DNA of 64,000 nt from assembly GCA_030265395.1 (NCBI GenBank), contig JARFYF010000072.1, positions 540,028-604,027 on the forward strand. Direction: 5' to 3'. Source of the DNA: Rhina ancylostomus (lineage: Eukaryota). Made by a program: the position numbers and the translations under genes. The notes beneath the pieces were generated by a model. That model was not told where the DNA came from, did not search any database, and saw nothing but the letters and a program-made list of their open reading frames with translations. How positions within the stretch are numbered: the stretch's first letter is position 1; each line of letters opens with the position of its first letter. Below are positions 48,001 through 60,800 of the stretch, piece by piece.

Positions 48001-48787
48001 CAGCCGCTCTTGATAATCCAACGCTGCAATGTGAAGCAGACACTGTGAGATATGGGAGACATCTCTGCAGCATCCTGGAATAATACAGAGATCAGGACAC
48101 GAGCATGACCGTGACCCGGATCTCCCTCGGAAGAGCTGTGAATGCTCGTGTCTAATGATGCACTTCAGGGGTGAATAGATCACCGATCTCTGGTGCAGGT
48201 TGGAGAGCGCGGCCTCAGATTGCACGGTTTCAGTGGTACTGAGATCAGGACATCCCGGAACCTCACCGTGCCTCTGTCAATTTTCAACCCAATGAGGTTG
48301 AATTCTCACCGAGGATAAACATTGGCGATTCACCACAGCGACGTCGTTTAGCCGGCCGCTAAATCCTATCAACAATACACGGGGTCCTCGTGGCATAAAT
48401 CACACGGAAATGAGAGCACGTTGGAGAGCGTTGGACCAGGTTTCACCCGCTGCAGTACCCTACAGTTTGCTTTTTAACAACGGCGCAGTGACAGAGAGCA
48501 GAGAGACGAGCGGTTTGCAAAGCGGAATCGGCCTGGGTCACACGGCGCCGGGATTCGCACCAGCAGGCAGCCTCTCCTCGAATGTTACCGGCCGACCGAT
48601 TCCCGTCCGGTAGGGACCCAAACTGAATCGAATACGGATCGACCCTAGTATTTAGATATAATTACCCGATCGGAAAGAAGGCATTATCCAACAATTGAGT
48701 TGACCAGAAAAGAATAAATGTATTCATTCACCACAGAAATAAAATGAAAATAATAGTCCCGAAGAAAGAACTGAACGTCTCACTCAC

Positions 48788-49102
48788 CAAGGACCCGCAG
48801 AGTGATGGTCGCTGAAACTGAAGGGCCGCTCGTTGCAACCATGTTCACACAGTACTCCCCGCTGTCCGACGTGTTCACCGACCTCAGCAAGAGCGATCGG
48901 TTAGAGGTGAATAACTCAGCCCGTGAACTGTACTCATTGCTATAAGACACGGTTTCATAGATCCACCGGGTGACTATTTTCCCATTGAAAGTCCAGCTTC
49001 CACCCGTGACCTCGGTCGACGGCCGCACTGAAAATAACGCATTTCGTCCGTCCGTCAGATTGATACGGCTGTGTTCTACGTGGATGGTAAACTGAGACTC
49101 AC
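48788..49102 (-). CDS. Gene D IgV-like N-domain exon
   Basis: ESQFTIHVEHSRINLTDGRNALFSVRP..WTFNGKIVTRW..EYSSRAELFTSNRSLLLRSVNTSDSGEYCV..LRVL|GTGAGT; 315 nt. Confidence 0.9.
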
Positions 49103-49272
49103 CTGAGAAAGAGAAATTCGGATGAGGGAAAAGACAAAGAAGAGGATAGACTCGAGAATCTGTAATTTGTCCAATAATTAAACCGATTCTTGTCAGCTAA
49201 TCTGATTTTCTACAGCCATACACCAGTGTGTTGATTCTCCGATGACATTCTGTCTGAGATAGTGACCCTCAC

Positions 49273-49324
49273 CCGCAGATATGAAGAGACAAAGAGCGAC
49301 CGCGGTGAGCGGAAGCCCCGCCAT
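49273..49324 (-). CDS. Gene D leader exon
   Basis: MAGLPLTAVALCLFISA G|GTGAGG; 52 nt. Confidence 0.88.
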
Positions 49325-49427
49325 CCCGAGAGACCAGCGCCTGTGTCTGTTACACTCGGAGACTGAGACGCTCTTCCTGGTCTCGGGGCCAAATCACGAG
49401 AGTCAGTCATCAGAAGCTGCAGCGCTG

Positions 49428-49440
49428 ATTGGACCGGCTG
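49428..49440 (-). promoter_or_regulatory. Conserved CCAAT-box element upstream of gene D
   Basis: tgattggaccggctg, as in genes A and B. Confidence 0.5.
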
Positions 49441-50647
49441 ATGTCCGCCTGCGGGAGGGCAGAGAACGAAGGAATGTAAAACACGGACGAAGGATAAGAC
49501 CATTAGGCCCTTCGCGCGTGTTCCATAACGGCATACCATCTAACGTGACACTTTCTCAGCAGCACTTTGCTGCACTAATCTATAANNNNNNNNNNNNNNN
49601 NNNNNNNNNNNNNNNNNNNNNNNNNNNNNNNNNNNNNNNNNNNNNNNNNNNNNNNNNNNNNNNNNNNNNNNNNNNNNNNNNNNNNAAAAGGAATAGATAA
49701 GATATGTATCCTCCTTTACCCAACCGGGATGGCAAATGCTGCAGGACAGAAATTTAAATTGAGAGGGGGAAACTTTAAAGGACATGTGCGAGGAAAGTTG
49801 TTCACAGAAAGAATGGGGGTAACTGTAACGAGATGCATGGGTAATCGTAGGGGGAGCAGAAGCGACAGTGACTTTTAAGACGCACGTTAAGAAGATTGGG
49901 GAAAATGAACATGAATGTGTGGATACAGACCATGTGTAGGCAAATGAGATTTGTTCAATTTGTCATCCTGTCCAGCACCAACATGGCAGGCCGAAGGGCT
50001 TGTTCCTCTGCAGTATTCTTCAATGTTCTACTCTCCATGTTTCACTATTTGATTCATTGCACTAAAAAATGTAATTCTGTAGATAAATCTTTGGAGAGAG
50101 ACAAACTATATTGACATTGCAGGTGTGTTCCCCTGACATCAGAACTGTTCTGCCCTGAAATTCTGGAATTAATTATTGAGAGTCAGCGGCTGCAAAAGCC
50201 GCGGTAGGAGATGATGTACGACAGGAGGTTGTTTCTGTTTATTGGCGACTGGCTGTGGATAACGGCGACCCACCAGACCTACCTGAGGGCGGTCCTGCCA
50301 GAATATTATCAAGGAGATCTCCCTGAAGTGTCTTCGCTGATGCTTGTATTTAACACAGCCACAGAGAGCAGTTTGTAAAGGGGGATCGGCTGGAATCACA
50401 AGGCTCCGGCTGCTGCACCCACACACACGCTTTCCCTGAATCTGACCGACCGGCCGTTGCGGAACCCCAAAATGAATTGAATACAGATCAACCCTATCCA
50501 TCAGATGTAATTTCCCGATTGGAAATAGTATGTCCTCCAACAATTGATTTCGGCAATAAAGGTTAAATTGAACTCATTTACCACAGGAATAAAATGAAAA
50601 TAATGGTTCGGGAATAATTCAGTGGCTAAGACCAACATCTCAGTCAC

Positions 50648-50910
50648 CAATGACCCGCAGAGTAGAGGTCGCTGATTCTTGAGAGCCTCTCATTGGAACC
50701 ATGGTCACATGGTACTCCCCGCTTTCCGAGGTGTTCACCGACTTGAGCAGAAGTGACCCGTCGCTGCTGAAAAACTCAGCTCATCATATGTACGCATGAC
50801 CAATGGACAAGGCAGTACCGAACCACTGGACGAAAGCTCAGTTCCTACTGTCGACCTCGGCCGACGCCGCACTGAAAAGAACGCATTTCCCCCGACGGTC
50901 ATACTGATAC
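50648..50910 (-). pseudogene. 5'-truncated CEACAM N-domain pseudo-exon
   Basis: ISMTVGGNAFFSV, frameshift, ..N*AFVQW..AYI**AEFFSSDGSLLLKSVNTSESGEYHVTM..LRVI|GTGACT; the downstream intron is homologous to that of gene D. Confidence 0.85.
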
Positions 50911-52194
50911 ATTAAAGAAAATACACTTCACAGCAATAATTATGACGGCCTGTTATTTGTTAATCCTGATGTTCAAGAGATTTCGGTGCGCATGTATGGA
51001 GAACACCTATTTATTGACAGACAAGCTTGAACGTGGAGCTGGCAGATACAAGCGCTAAATTGGAAGCACAGATGGTAAGGTGGTCAAACTCCAGAGGCGG
51101 CAACGACAATTATGGTAATGAGGCCGAGTAAAATGTGAGGACTTCGACGTGAGGGCAAGAAGGAATTCATATCAGATTGGAGAACGAGGCAGTCGAATGA
51201 TTCGAATTCCAAAACTATAGTTCCGAAGTGCAATCAGTTTGAATGTGGCCGCAAACAGGTTGGAGGAACACATTGATAAACTTTGACCTAGGAGGTATGA
51301 ACCCTCCACACAGAATCAAGAAGATGCATGTTGTTTATGCAACAACCTCATTCATAAATGCAAAAGAAACTATTGCATTCAGATTGTTGCAAACTTTCTT
51401 TCAATTCAGAGGGTAATGTCTGAAGAGATTCCCCTGTAATCATGACCTCCCAATATATTGTTCGTCATTTCTCTCATCAATCATTTTAACACTGATACCA
51501 TTCAGTGCGATATTGCCTGCAACTGCTGTGGCTGAAGCAGTTTCGGAAGGTCTCCACTTTCCTCACCGTTCCCTCAACATGCCCTGACACTGTCAAGAGT
51601 TTAAGTGCATCGCACATCTGTCTACATGTCAGTTTGCTCTGAGGAGCAGCAGAGATGTTTTCTCACCACACTTTCACGAATGTTTTCAAGAAGTTACTGT
51701 TGTTCCTTGCACTTCCGATATTGGTTACCGCGCTTCCTCGTTTCCCCGGTATTTCCAGCATCTGCTTTGTTTTTAATTTACAATCATTTTTCTGGATTTC
51801 AAGATTGTGTTTTCCAACAGCCTGCGTTCTGGTTTCTGCGTTCCTACTCCGCTGTGATATTGCAACAAGCATAGTTCTCCTATAAACACTGTCTGGTTAG
51901 ACCTGTTCTTGAAATTCTACCAACGCTTTTCTCAAAACTGCAATATACCCTTGTCCGTTTTGGCCGGAAGGGGAATGATTAAGTCAATGGGTGCTGGAAA
52001 ATGTGGAAGTCATTTTACACTCTCTCCAAAATATTCAATCTACCTGAAAGCATTAAAATGTCTTATGGCGAATCGTTTTTTTTCCCCGATTATCCAGTTA
52101 GAAATAAGAGGGGAGAGAGAGCGTGCGATGTTCGGGAAAGGGAAATGTTTGGATCTTTAATCATCGGGGGTGAATAGAACAAGGAGAGAAATAT

Positions 52195-52797
52195 TCATTC
52201 GACAGTGAGATTACTACTCCTATTGTTAACGCAGTTAATGAACCGACATGTGTAATTCCCGCTGTTAACCGAGCGCCTTGACATAAGGGTGAGTTCCTGC
52301 CCTGTCTGAAGCGGAATTCTCCCGTTGTACCAGGCATATTCACCACAGGCGACTGACAGAGCAAAGCAAATCAATGTCAAATTTCCAGGATTTCCAACAA
52401 CGGGAGACTGCGGTAGAATTCTGACCTTCACTGGTGTATCTATAAGACGAGAAAACATGTCGATTTTATAGTCAATAATATCGGTTACAAACTAACGTTG
52501 TTGTTTGCCTGCATACTGACAGTAAACATGCACGTAGGTCTCTCCAGCGCCACTGTTGAAATGATTGCTGATGATGAACTTGCATGTCCTTGCGTTTGTT
52601 CTGTTCACATTTATTATAGTTAGTTCGGTATTGTCTGGAGATGTCAATATTCTACTATTTTCCTGGATGAGTTGGCTATTTTTCAACGATGTTCCTGTCT
52701 GAATAGTGTCCAAAAGCGCAACAACTCAGTACTATCGATTCAATGTTTTCCACTGGAGTGAAATCGTTGGTCAACAGGGCGAGATCAGACACGGTCT
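52195..52797 (-). pseudogene. Orphan CEACAM A (52797-52521) + B (52439-52195) pseudo-exon pair
   Basis: The A exon is 277 nt with a frameshift and lost Trp/Cys (..TPVENIESIVLSC/..QENSRILTSPDNTELTI..); 81-nt intron; the B exon TPVKVRILPQ..NLTLICFA..EYAWYNG..NSGNYTC ends in a stop. Most similar to the gene C A/B exons. Confidence 0.85.
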
Positions 52798-54152
52798 CTG
52801 TGAATAAAATTGAAATGTAAATCGGGTAACACGGTTGTTTTAACCACAATCTCTTCGCAACTGGTGTTTATTTTCTCTGAGTCAGCAGACTCCCGTGAAG
52901 GAGGTGGGGGAGGTGTGGGGTCAACGGAAGCGTGCAGGTGCTGTGCAGCCTAGCTTCCAAGGATCAGATGGTATATTAAGCGGCAGTGGGCTGCTGAATC
53001 ATTCCCTGCAATCTGCTGCTAGCTGCTCGTCCAAGTGGAACAATGCACATTCCAGGTGGAAAAAGACCAAAGTGAGATCATAAGAAACAGAAACTGCAGC
53101 TATCCATGCTGCCTGCGTCCCCTGACTACTCCAGCATTCAACAAGATTGAGGCTAATCTTCCAGCAGCGCCAATGACATGTTTTATCTCCCTACCCTTGT
53201 GTTAACGAATTATCCAAACATCTATCAAGCTTTCTGTCTCGCATATTCCCAAAGATTCATTTCTATAATCTCTTGGTCAAGAATTAAACAGATCGATCTG
53301 ACTCTGGTTGAAGAGCTTGCTCCTTCTCTCGGACTGACCCCTCATATTGACAGCCTGACCCCTGGATGTAGTCCTGTCAGGGGAAGTGGCATCTCTGCTC
53401 TCACCCAACCAAGGCCCCAAAGGGATGCCACGTGCTTCGAATAGGGTATCACCTCAGTTGCAAAACATTTCCTGCAGCTAACCAAAAGCTAATTTCCAAG
53501 TTGATCAGGAAAACAAAGATTTCCGGGTTGCGTTTTCTTGACTCCGCGACTTAATCCACAAAGAACATGGAACGAACTATTTAACTTAGCGTACGATCAT
53601 TGTAAATGTGAACAGAAGTCGGCCAATCGTCCCATAGAGCCTGCTGCACTATTTGAGGGGAACACGGCCAAACTAATTGTAACCTGAACCCTTGCTCCCC
53701 GTCCACCTCCCACCTTAATATTAAGATAATATTAAGATGCTAGTGTTAACTGAGACTGTGAATTGGCCATTCCTGCTCTCATCAACAATTGTTCCTCTCT
53801 TCCGGTAAATGTTGTCCCAGTATTCTCTGGGATTCAAGTGGAGAAAATGACCTCATTGCAACCTGGAAGACGTGTATGGATCTTCGCAAGGTAGAAACAG
53901 TGATGCAACTTCCGCTGACTGATCTGCCAATTACCAAGGTTCATGGACAGAATGAAAGGGGTCTGTTTTCCAGTTCGAACGAAGGAGCCAGTTCTTTGCT
54001 TAGAAAATAATCAATCTTTTGGATTCAAGACGCCAGAGCAGTGGATATTGAAACTCAGAGCATGTTCAATAGCGATTGATTGATACATGCTTGGATCTAT
54101 GGAAAACTACCCAAAGGAAATACAAAAGGCAATTGGCACAAAGAAGCTCCTG

Positions 54153-54208
54153 GTGTCATGGTTCTGAGTTCTGGCCCTCAATTTGGCTCATTAATGCCTT
54201 GTTGTCCA
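54153..54208 (+). mobile_element. End of the same inverted-end repeat as 16308-16591 (cut by a gap)
   Basis: tgtcatggttctgagttctggccctcaatttggctc; absent from the paralogous site at ~33670. Confidence 0.7.
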
Positions 54209-55518
54209 NNNNNNNNNNNNNNNNNNNNNNNNNNNNNNNNNNNNNNNNNNNNNNNNNNNNNNNNNNNNNNNNNNNNNNNNNNNNNNNNNNNNNNNNNNNN
54301 NNNNNNNNAGGCAGCGTCGGTGGAGGGAAATGGACAGTCGAACTTTCAGGTTGATATCCTTCATCTGGACTGGAAGAGTAGAGGGAGATAACTAGTTTCA
54401 GGTAAGGGGAGGGATGAGGTAGGAGCTGGCAAGTATAGGTAAATCGAGGGAAGAATGGGTGATTGGCAGATGGAAGTCATATTGGGGAGGGAAGGGCGGA
54501 GATATCGAGAGAGGCTAGAAGGTGATCGGTGGAATTAACAGAGGGCTGCATATGATGGAATCTCACTGAAATTAATGATGGAGCTCGGAACGAAATAAGG
54601 GAGGTGAGGCTGGCAGATGGGAACAGTTAGGGGAGGAAAGGCAGAGAGAGGAGTGTATGGGTGATGGGCAGAGAGTACGAGGGAACGGAATTAAATTGGG
54701 TGATAGGATGCTGGCGGTATTAATTGTGTGGAATTAATAGCTTGGTAGGTATCAAGCCACCAAGGAGCTTGGTAGATCAGAATGAGAGAGAAAGAGACAG
54801 TGGTTCAGGAGATCACCTGAATTGGAGACGCATCTGTTCTTCTGTGGGTTGTGGACCACTCAGGCGGAATAGAGGTGCTTTTCCTCTAGTTGCGTTTGGC
54901 CTCACCATGGCAGTGGAGGAGACCGTATACAGACAGCTCGGCGTGGAATTCGGGAAGTGGTGCTGAAATGGCTTGCAAACAGGAGATCCAGATGCTCGCG
55001 GCGGATAGAGGGCAAGTGATCCGCAAAATGTTCGTCCAGTCTGGCTTCGGCTGGCCGAAACTGGTACAAGACTGAACCAGCGTCACAGTTTGTTGCCTGT
55101 CCAATCTCTGGGCAAAGGTAATCACAACTTCAAGTCATTGTCCTGTGACATGACTTCAATTCAAAGTGAAGTGAGGAAGAGCTGGTTGAATGGTTTGAAT
55201 TCCAGCACTAACGGATGCCAACTTCCGCTAGCTTGGATGCGGAGGGAACAAGCGACTGGAGCCGATTGATGGTTATATTTAAAATTCAGTTGCGAGAGTT
55301 CAAATCAATGGGCACTTGACAAACACATTGGTAGCCGATACAGATTGTTTATTTGTTAGATATCGAAACATTGCGCATGCGAAAGACATTAGAGTAAGTT
55401 GCAAATTGAAGAGAGGTGTAGGGTGTGTGCACATTCCTCAAATAGACGAGATGATACTTTTGTCTCATGTGGTTGTGGCAAAAGGGCCTGAGTCAGAGAT
55501 CCAGGAAAAAGNNNNNNN

Positions 55519-55661
55519 CAGAGAAACACAGGTTCTTATGCTAGGCCCCTGATGGGGCTCAGGTGTGTATTGTTATCTAATCAGTCCAGCATGGAGTCCA
55601 TGTGCTGGACAACAAGGCATTAATGGAGCCAAATTGAGGGCCAGAACTCAGAACCATGACA
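55519..55661 (-). mobile_element. End of the same inverted-end repeat, reverse orientation (cut by a gap)
   Basis: ..ccctgatggggctcaggtgtgtattg..gggccagaactcagaaccatgaca is the reverse complement of 16308-16411. Confidence 0.7.
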
Positions 55662-56030
55662 TTTTTAATAATCTTTGAACTTAGAGGAGCGGAGTTGACA
55701 ACATAATTATGCTCTTTCCTCATCGAGAAATATCAGTTCAGTTTTCTTTTCGTTTGGACTTTTAAAAAATTTGTTTCGATTTATTATATTTTTGAACTGT
55801 GGTTCTTTTTTATTAAACAATAAATCTTTTTCTTTCCCTTTTTTATTTTTTGTATTACATTCGCTTACTAAGAGACCGTCAGGTCTAAAACATTTTTTTA
55901 ATTCTTTATGATTATATATGTCATGATTGTCCTCCCGATCTGCTTGCATCACCTGTATAATCATTGATGTTATCTATATTAATCTGCATTAATTTGAAAA
56001 ATAATAAAAAGATTGAAAAAGAAAGAAAGA
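55662..56030 (+). mobile_element. AT-rich retro-insertion ending in an A-rich tail (L1/Tx1-like 3' UTR)
   Basis: T-rich body ending aataataaaaagattgaaaaagaaagaaagaa; absent from the paralogous site at ~35270. Confidence 0.5.
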
Positions 56031-57742
56031 ACGAGTAACTCAGCCAGTTAGCACGGAACAATGTCCTGAAACTGGACACTGGTAGTGCTGTGGAAGGTAC
56101 TTGAAAAGGGGTGGATGTCCACGGGAATAGTCAGTCCCTCAGGCAGTGTGTGTGCAGGGAAAAGATTTAATGTTTAGGCTTGTTTTTCGTCTATTAGAAC
56201 GGAGGTGACCCCTCAATGCCTCAACTCTTTACAATCGATATTAATGACATAGATGGAGAGACACAGGAAATGTAAGAGGAGTAGCCTCGTGCTGAATCCT
56301 GTGCAACTCCACCATTTACAGCTCTCGGCCTAGGAATTCGCCTGTCAATTATTGCACCTTGCGTTTGGACACGAGCAGAGATTTATCCGGAACCACTTGC
56401 TCCACTTCGTCTGAAACCTGACACCAACAATGCTGCAGTTCTCCACCTGCCCATCGATCAACCCGATTTCTGAATGCCCGGGTTATTATACAAGCACACG
56501 AACGTCCGTTCCTTCAGATTGTGGTCTTCATTTACTGAACTTCTTTCTTTGAATTACTGAATGATCCTCAAATCTTTCATATGGTTTACTTCCCGTGGTT
56601 TAAGAATTAGTTCTTGTGTTTTACTGTCCCGTTTACACAACCACAACATTCACATCCACTTTTTTCTCTCTGCCACCAGTTGAGGGCGTAGTGGGAACGA
56701 TAGCAGATATTCCAGTCCTCTCATTTGTCGGGAGATGGAGTCAGAAAGGAAGGGACTTGCAACATAGTTTGGTTCTGGGGAAAAGAGCCGTGTTCTCATT
56801 GATGTCGAGAATGACACCAGGACACAGGACCCAGACAGGTGAGGCTCGACTCCGTGCAGTAACATACCTGTTGATGTTGTGTTGAGCAAACTGACACTCA
56901 CTCTTTGTCAGACCTTGCTAAGTGTGCGATCGTTTGCTCCTTGCCAAGAGGAAGTATTAGTATGGAAATGTGGGGAAAAAAACGTCTCATTACACCGGGA
57001 GTGCAGGGGTCACGTGGGAGGCTGCAATATGATCCTGGCCATTAGAATCCCGAAGTATGGTTCACCAACAGTTTGAAAGCGAAGCCATGCTTCGTTTATG
57101 GGAGTGAGAGTCGGAAGAGATCAGAGACGGCCCAGTCCATGATCAGTATCAAGAAGGCTGAGGGGCCATTTTGCACTGGACTGATGTGGGGGAAATACGG
57201 GTGGCAAGCAGACGAGGGTGAGAAGTGTCAGGGCTGGAACATAGTTGGGTGCCGTGAGGGAACCAATGCAAAATGACAACATTAATTCTTAATGTTGAGC
57301 GATGACTCAGACGTGTGGATATGACAGGAAGAGACATGGGAAGCATAGAGGGCGATATTGAGAAAGGTTGTGACAGAGAAGGGTATTGTACAGCGGGACC
57401 TCCTTGGTTTGTTGTCCTTCTGTCCTCGCCATTCACAAACCAACAAATCCCTCCGCGTCACCAGTGACGTCATCTGAGGAAACAAAACACAATTCACGTC
57501 GGACTTCCGTCAGAAATTGTGTGGAAGTAAAACTGATGGAGTCAAACACCGGAAATCTGGTCTGTGACTTTTTGAGGTGTCCTGGAAGTGCATATTTTCA
57601 ATCTCTTTCCACTAAATTTTACTGGCTTCCTGCATGTCTACAACTGTCTTCAGTACCACACTGCTTGATACCTTTCATCTGACGGTCACAGGTAACTTGT
57701 AAGCCGGTAAATGTCCATTCTACGGTGCACGCTTCCAAGATA

Positions 57743-57856
57743 TTAATAAGTATGAAAATATTTTCTTTTAAATAACATTTTGTATCGCTTGTCAAACGTT
57801 TTGAGCTCATACATCATCAGGTCCCTTGAAACTGATCGATCTTCCAACGGCAGCTC
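57743..57856 (-). CDS. Gene F terminal cytoplasmic exon
   Basis: ELPLEDRSVSRDLMMYELKTFDKRYKMLFKRKYFHTY*; the YSDL of C and D reads SRDL. Confidence 0.78.
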   Translation of the reverse strand, partial: ELPLEDRSVSRDLMMYELKTFDKRYKMLFKRKYFHTY

Positions 57857-60800
57857 CTGTTGAACATGAAAAAAATGTGATTCGCGGAAGTGCATCGGCA
57901 GAAGCAGACAGTGGCAAAATGTATCAAAAGATCATATAAAGGTATTCCAAGATGAGCCCGGTAGGGTCTTGGACAGCAAATGAATATGAGGACATGGGGA
58001 TCGGGCAGGACAGTGGACGTGGGAGATATGATCACCTGCGACACTGTCATGTGTTGGAGGGGGATCCAATAGTAGAGTTTTTCGCATTTGGATTTGATTC
58101 TAAACCGGTAAACTGAAAACANNNNNNNNNNACATTTACTTCAAAATGAATCAATAAAATAATTTCCTTACTATATAAATAGAGCTTCCATGGGGTCGGT
58201 GTGCGGTACGCTGTGGATAGAGAAATAAGTCAATGGCTGAATCAACGACCACACTGAAGATGTCCTTATCTCTCCTCCCAAATGAAACCTCATGGAATCA
58301 ATGTTTGGATTCATTGCTGCTTTGGGCAATTTTGCACCGAACGCCTATTCTGAACACAGCCTGGTTTTACTTCAATAATGAGAGCGAAATGTGGTCTCAT
58401 ATGGTAACTCTCATTGATGGAGAGTCCGGATGTACGATCATGACGTAGTGAAGTCGATTAGCTGGCGTTTAGTGTTCAGCACTATTCCTCATGCGTCGCA
58501 GAGTCATAGAGCCACAGAATAATACTGTATGGAAACGGGGCCATTCGGTCCATCTCATCCATGCAGGTTATGTTGCCAACAAGCTGGCCCCGTCTGCCCA
58601 CATTTTGCCCACGTTTTACCCATAACCTTATAAACCCATCCTATCCATGTACTATCCAAATGTGTTTTAAATAATGCTATGAGGCACATGGAAATGAATA
58701 ATTCAGTTTGAAGTATTATCTATTTTACCCAGTGTTCCCTGTGTGTCTTCTTATAGACTCATCTATCACGTTGACATGAAACTGATTCTTCATTTCAGGG
58801 TCAGTCAGGGGCAGACAACAAATCTGGCCGTTGTCACCGAGACCCATATCCAATGGGTGAAGAGCTGTTTTTAAAAAACTCTCAGAAGGACCACAGTCTG
58901 TCGACCCCATTCTATAACTACTACCTGAGATATTACACTTATGGTTCCACAGCAGCATTGCCCCTTATATATACATATAAGAAATCATAGAATCATAGAA
59001 CAGTTCAGCAAAAAACAGGCCGTTCAACCCACAATATGTGCCGACCTTTAAAACCTCTCCTAAGACCATCTAACCCCTTCCCCCATCTGTCACTCTATTT
59101 CAAATTCCTCCATATACTTATCTAAAAATCTCTTGAACTTGACCAATGCACCCGCCTCCACCAGAACCACAGGCAGCGCATTCCAATGCCCCAACCACTC
59201 TCTGGGTAAAAAAAATAATAAATGATAGTGATTATAATAAAATCAGACTGCAACTTCACCAACATTTTGATTCCTTCGGATGTTTTCAAATGCGAATGAT
59301 GATCTTCCAACTCCCGTAATCAAGGAAACTGCAGAAATATAAAATATTGAGTCAAGTGAACAAACAATAGCAGAATAAGTTTCCCAACGAAGAGGACAGA
59401 TGTTAGACGCATTGGATCTGCTATCAAATTCATTCGATTAATCACCTCCTTTCCCAATCGTCCTACAGATTATAATAAATTATGTTCTGATCCTATTCTG
59501 CTCACTCTCGGCGACAGAATTTGGGGATCCTCATTGTCCTTTAGAAGTTGGTCCCGATGCAGTTCAGTGAACGGCCGGTCAAGCATTGCAAGTTTTATTT
59601 ATGTAGGACATAGACATCGCTGTGCAAAAGCACAATTTCCCACTCAATTACCATTCAGAGTATGAGGACCCAAAAGGTTGACGAGCGATTAAAACGCAGC
59701 AAAGTGCGACATTCCGGATAGTAGCAACCCAATACCGAAGCATTCGTCCTCAGTCACCTCCCCACACTGTCCCTTCTTTTCACTCAGATATAACCCTCTC
59801 TGTGCCAGTATAAACCTATCCCACAAACCATTTGATTCCTAATTACATTATCGCACCTTTGACTTTGAGAATAATACGAGTGTCTCTATGAAGTCCACGG
59901 ATCTGCACAGATACATCCTTTGTGATTCCTGTTATATGAGGTCATGGAGTGTTACAGCAGGAAGCAGGTTCTTCTGCCTGACGCGGCCATGCCGACAGAG
60001 ATGCCCCTCTTCGTTGACCCAATTTTCCTGCATTTGGCTCATATCACTCCCTATAATGTCAATCTATTCACTTTTCCAAATGCTTAATAAATACAGTGAC
60101 TTTACCTCCCTCCACCACCTCCTCTGCTATCCAGATCCATTCATCCACCACCCTTTGTGTGAAGAACGTGTCCCTCTGATTTCCTTCAAGTATTTCCGCA
60201 CTCACCCGTGTCCTCTTGCTTTCGGCTCCTCTACTCTTAGAAAAAGACTGACTCTCTACCTCGTCCATTCCCCTCATAATTATGTAAACCTCCAGAAGTT
60301 CAGCCTCAGCCTTATACGCTCCAATGAGAATGATCCCAGCCAATCCAATTTCTCTTTGGAACTAAAGTCCTCCTAACATCATGGCGAATCTCTTCCGCAC
60401 ACTAACACATACGTTCTATGCTGTGGTGAACAGAACTCGATACAATATTCGAAGTGTAGCCCAATCAGTACCTTGTGCAGGTTGCCGTGCAGAATGATTT
60501 TCACTTACTGTTTGCTTCTGATTTCAAGGTCATGTAAGAAGTCCCAAGAAATTTGAACCTGTGTAAATAGAAGCTGGTCAAAATGTGAACTCTGGAAAAA
60601 GAACATTGTTTCAAAATACTAATTTTGTGTGCAAATTTCTCCAGACCTTGTATTGCTGTATGTTGACAACAGAGTATAAGACGGTGAAGCAGGACAGACG
60701 AAAGTGGTCTGGACACCGAGGGTTCAATGTCACCAGCACAAGACGCTACATTTCCATTGTAATACTCGGTCTACTTATCGTTAAATAACTATATTTATGA

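Larger units (their letters stand above)
37018..49324 (-). pseudogene. CEACAM-like gene D (truncated/secreted or pseudogene): L 49324-49273, N 49102-48788, A 43485-43210, B 41667-41407 (TAG), cyt3 37832-37794, cyt4 37110-37018; no TM exon found
   Basis: L, N and A exons are intact; the B exon carries an in-frame stop; orphan ITAM exons remain downstream. Confidence 0.7.
52965..58350. repeat. Segmental duplication copy (3' end and flank of gene F), paralogous to 31170-37972
   Basis: See 31170-37972. Confidence 0.85.
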
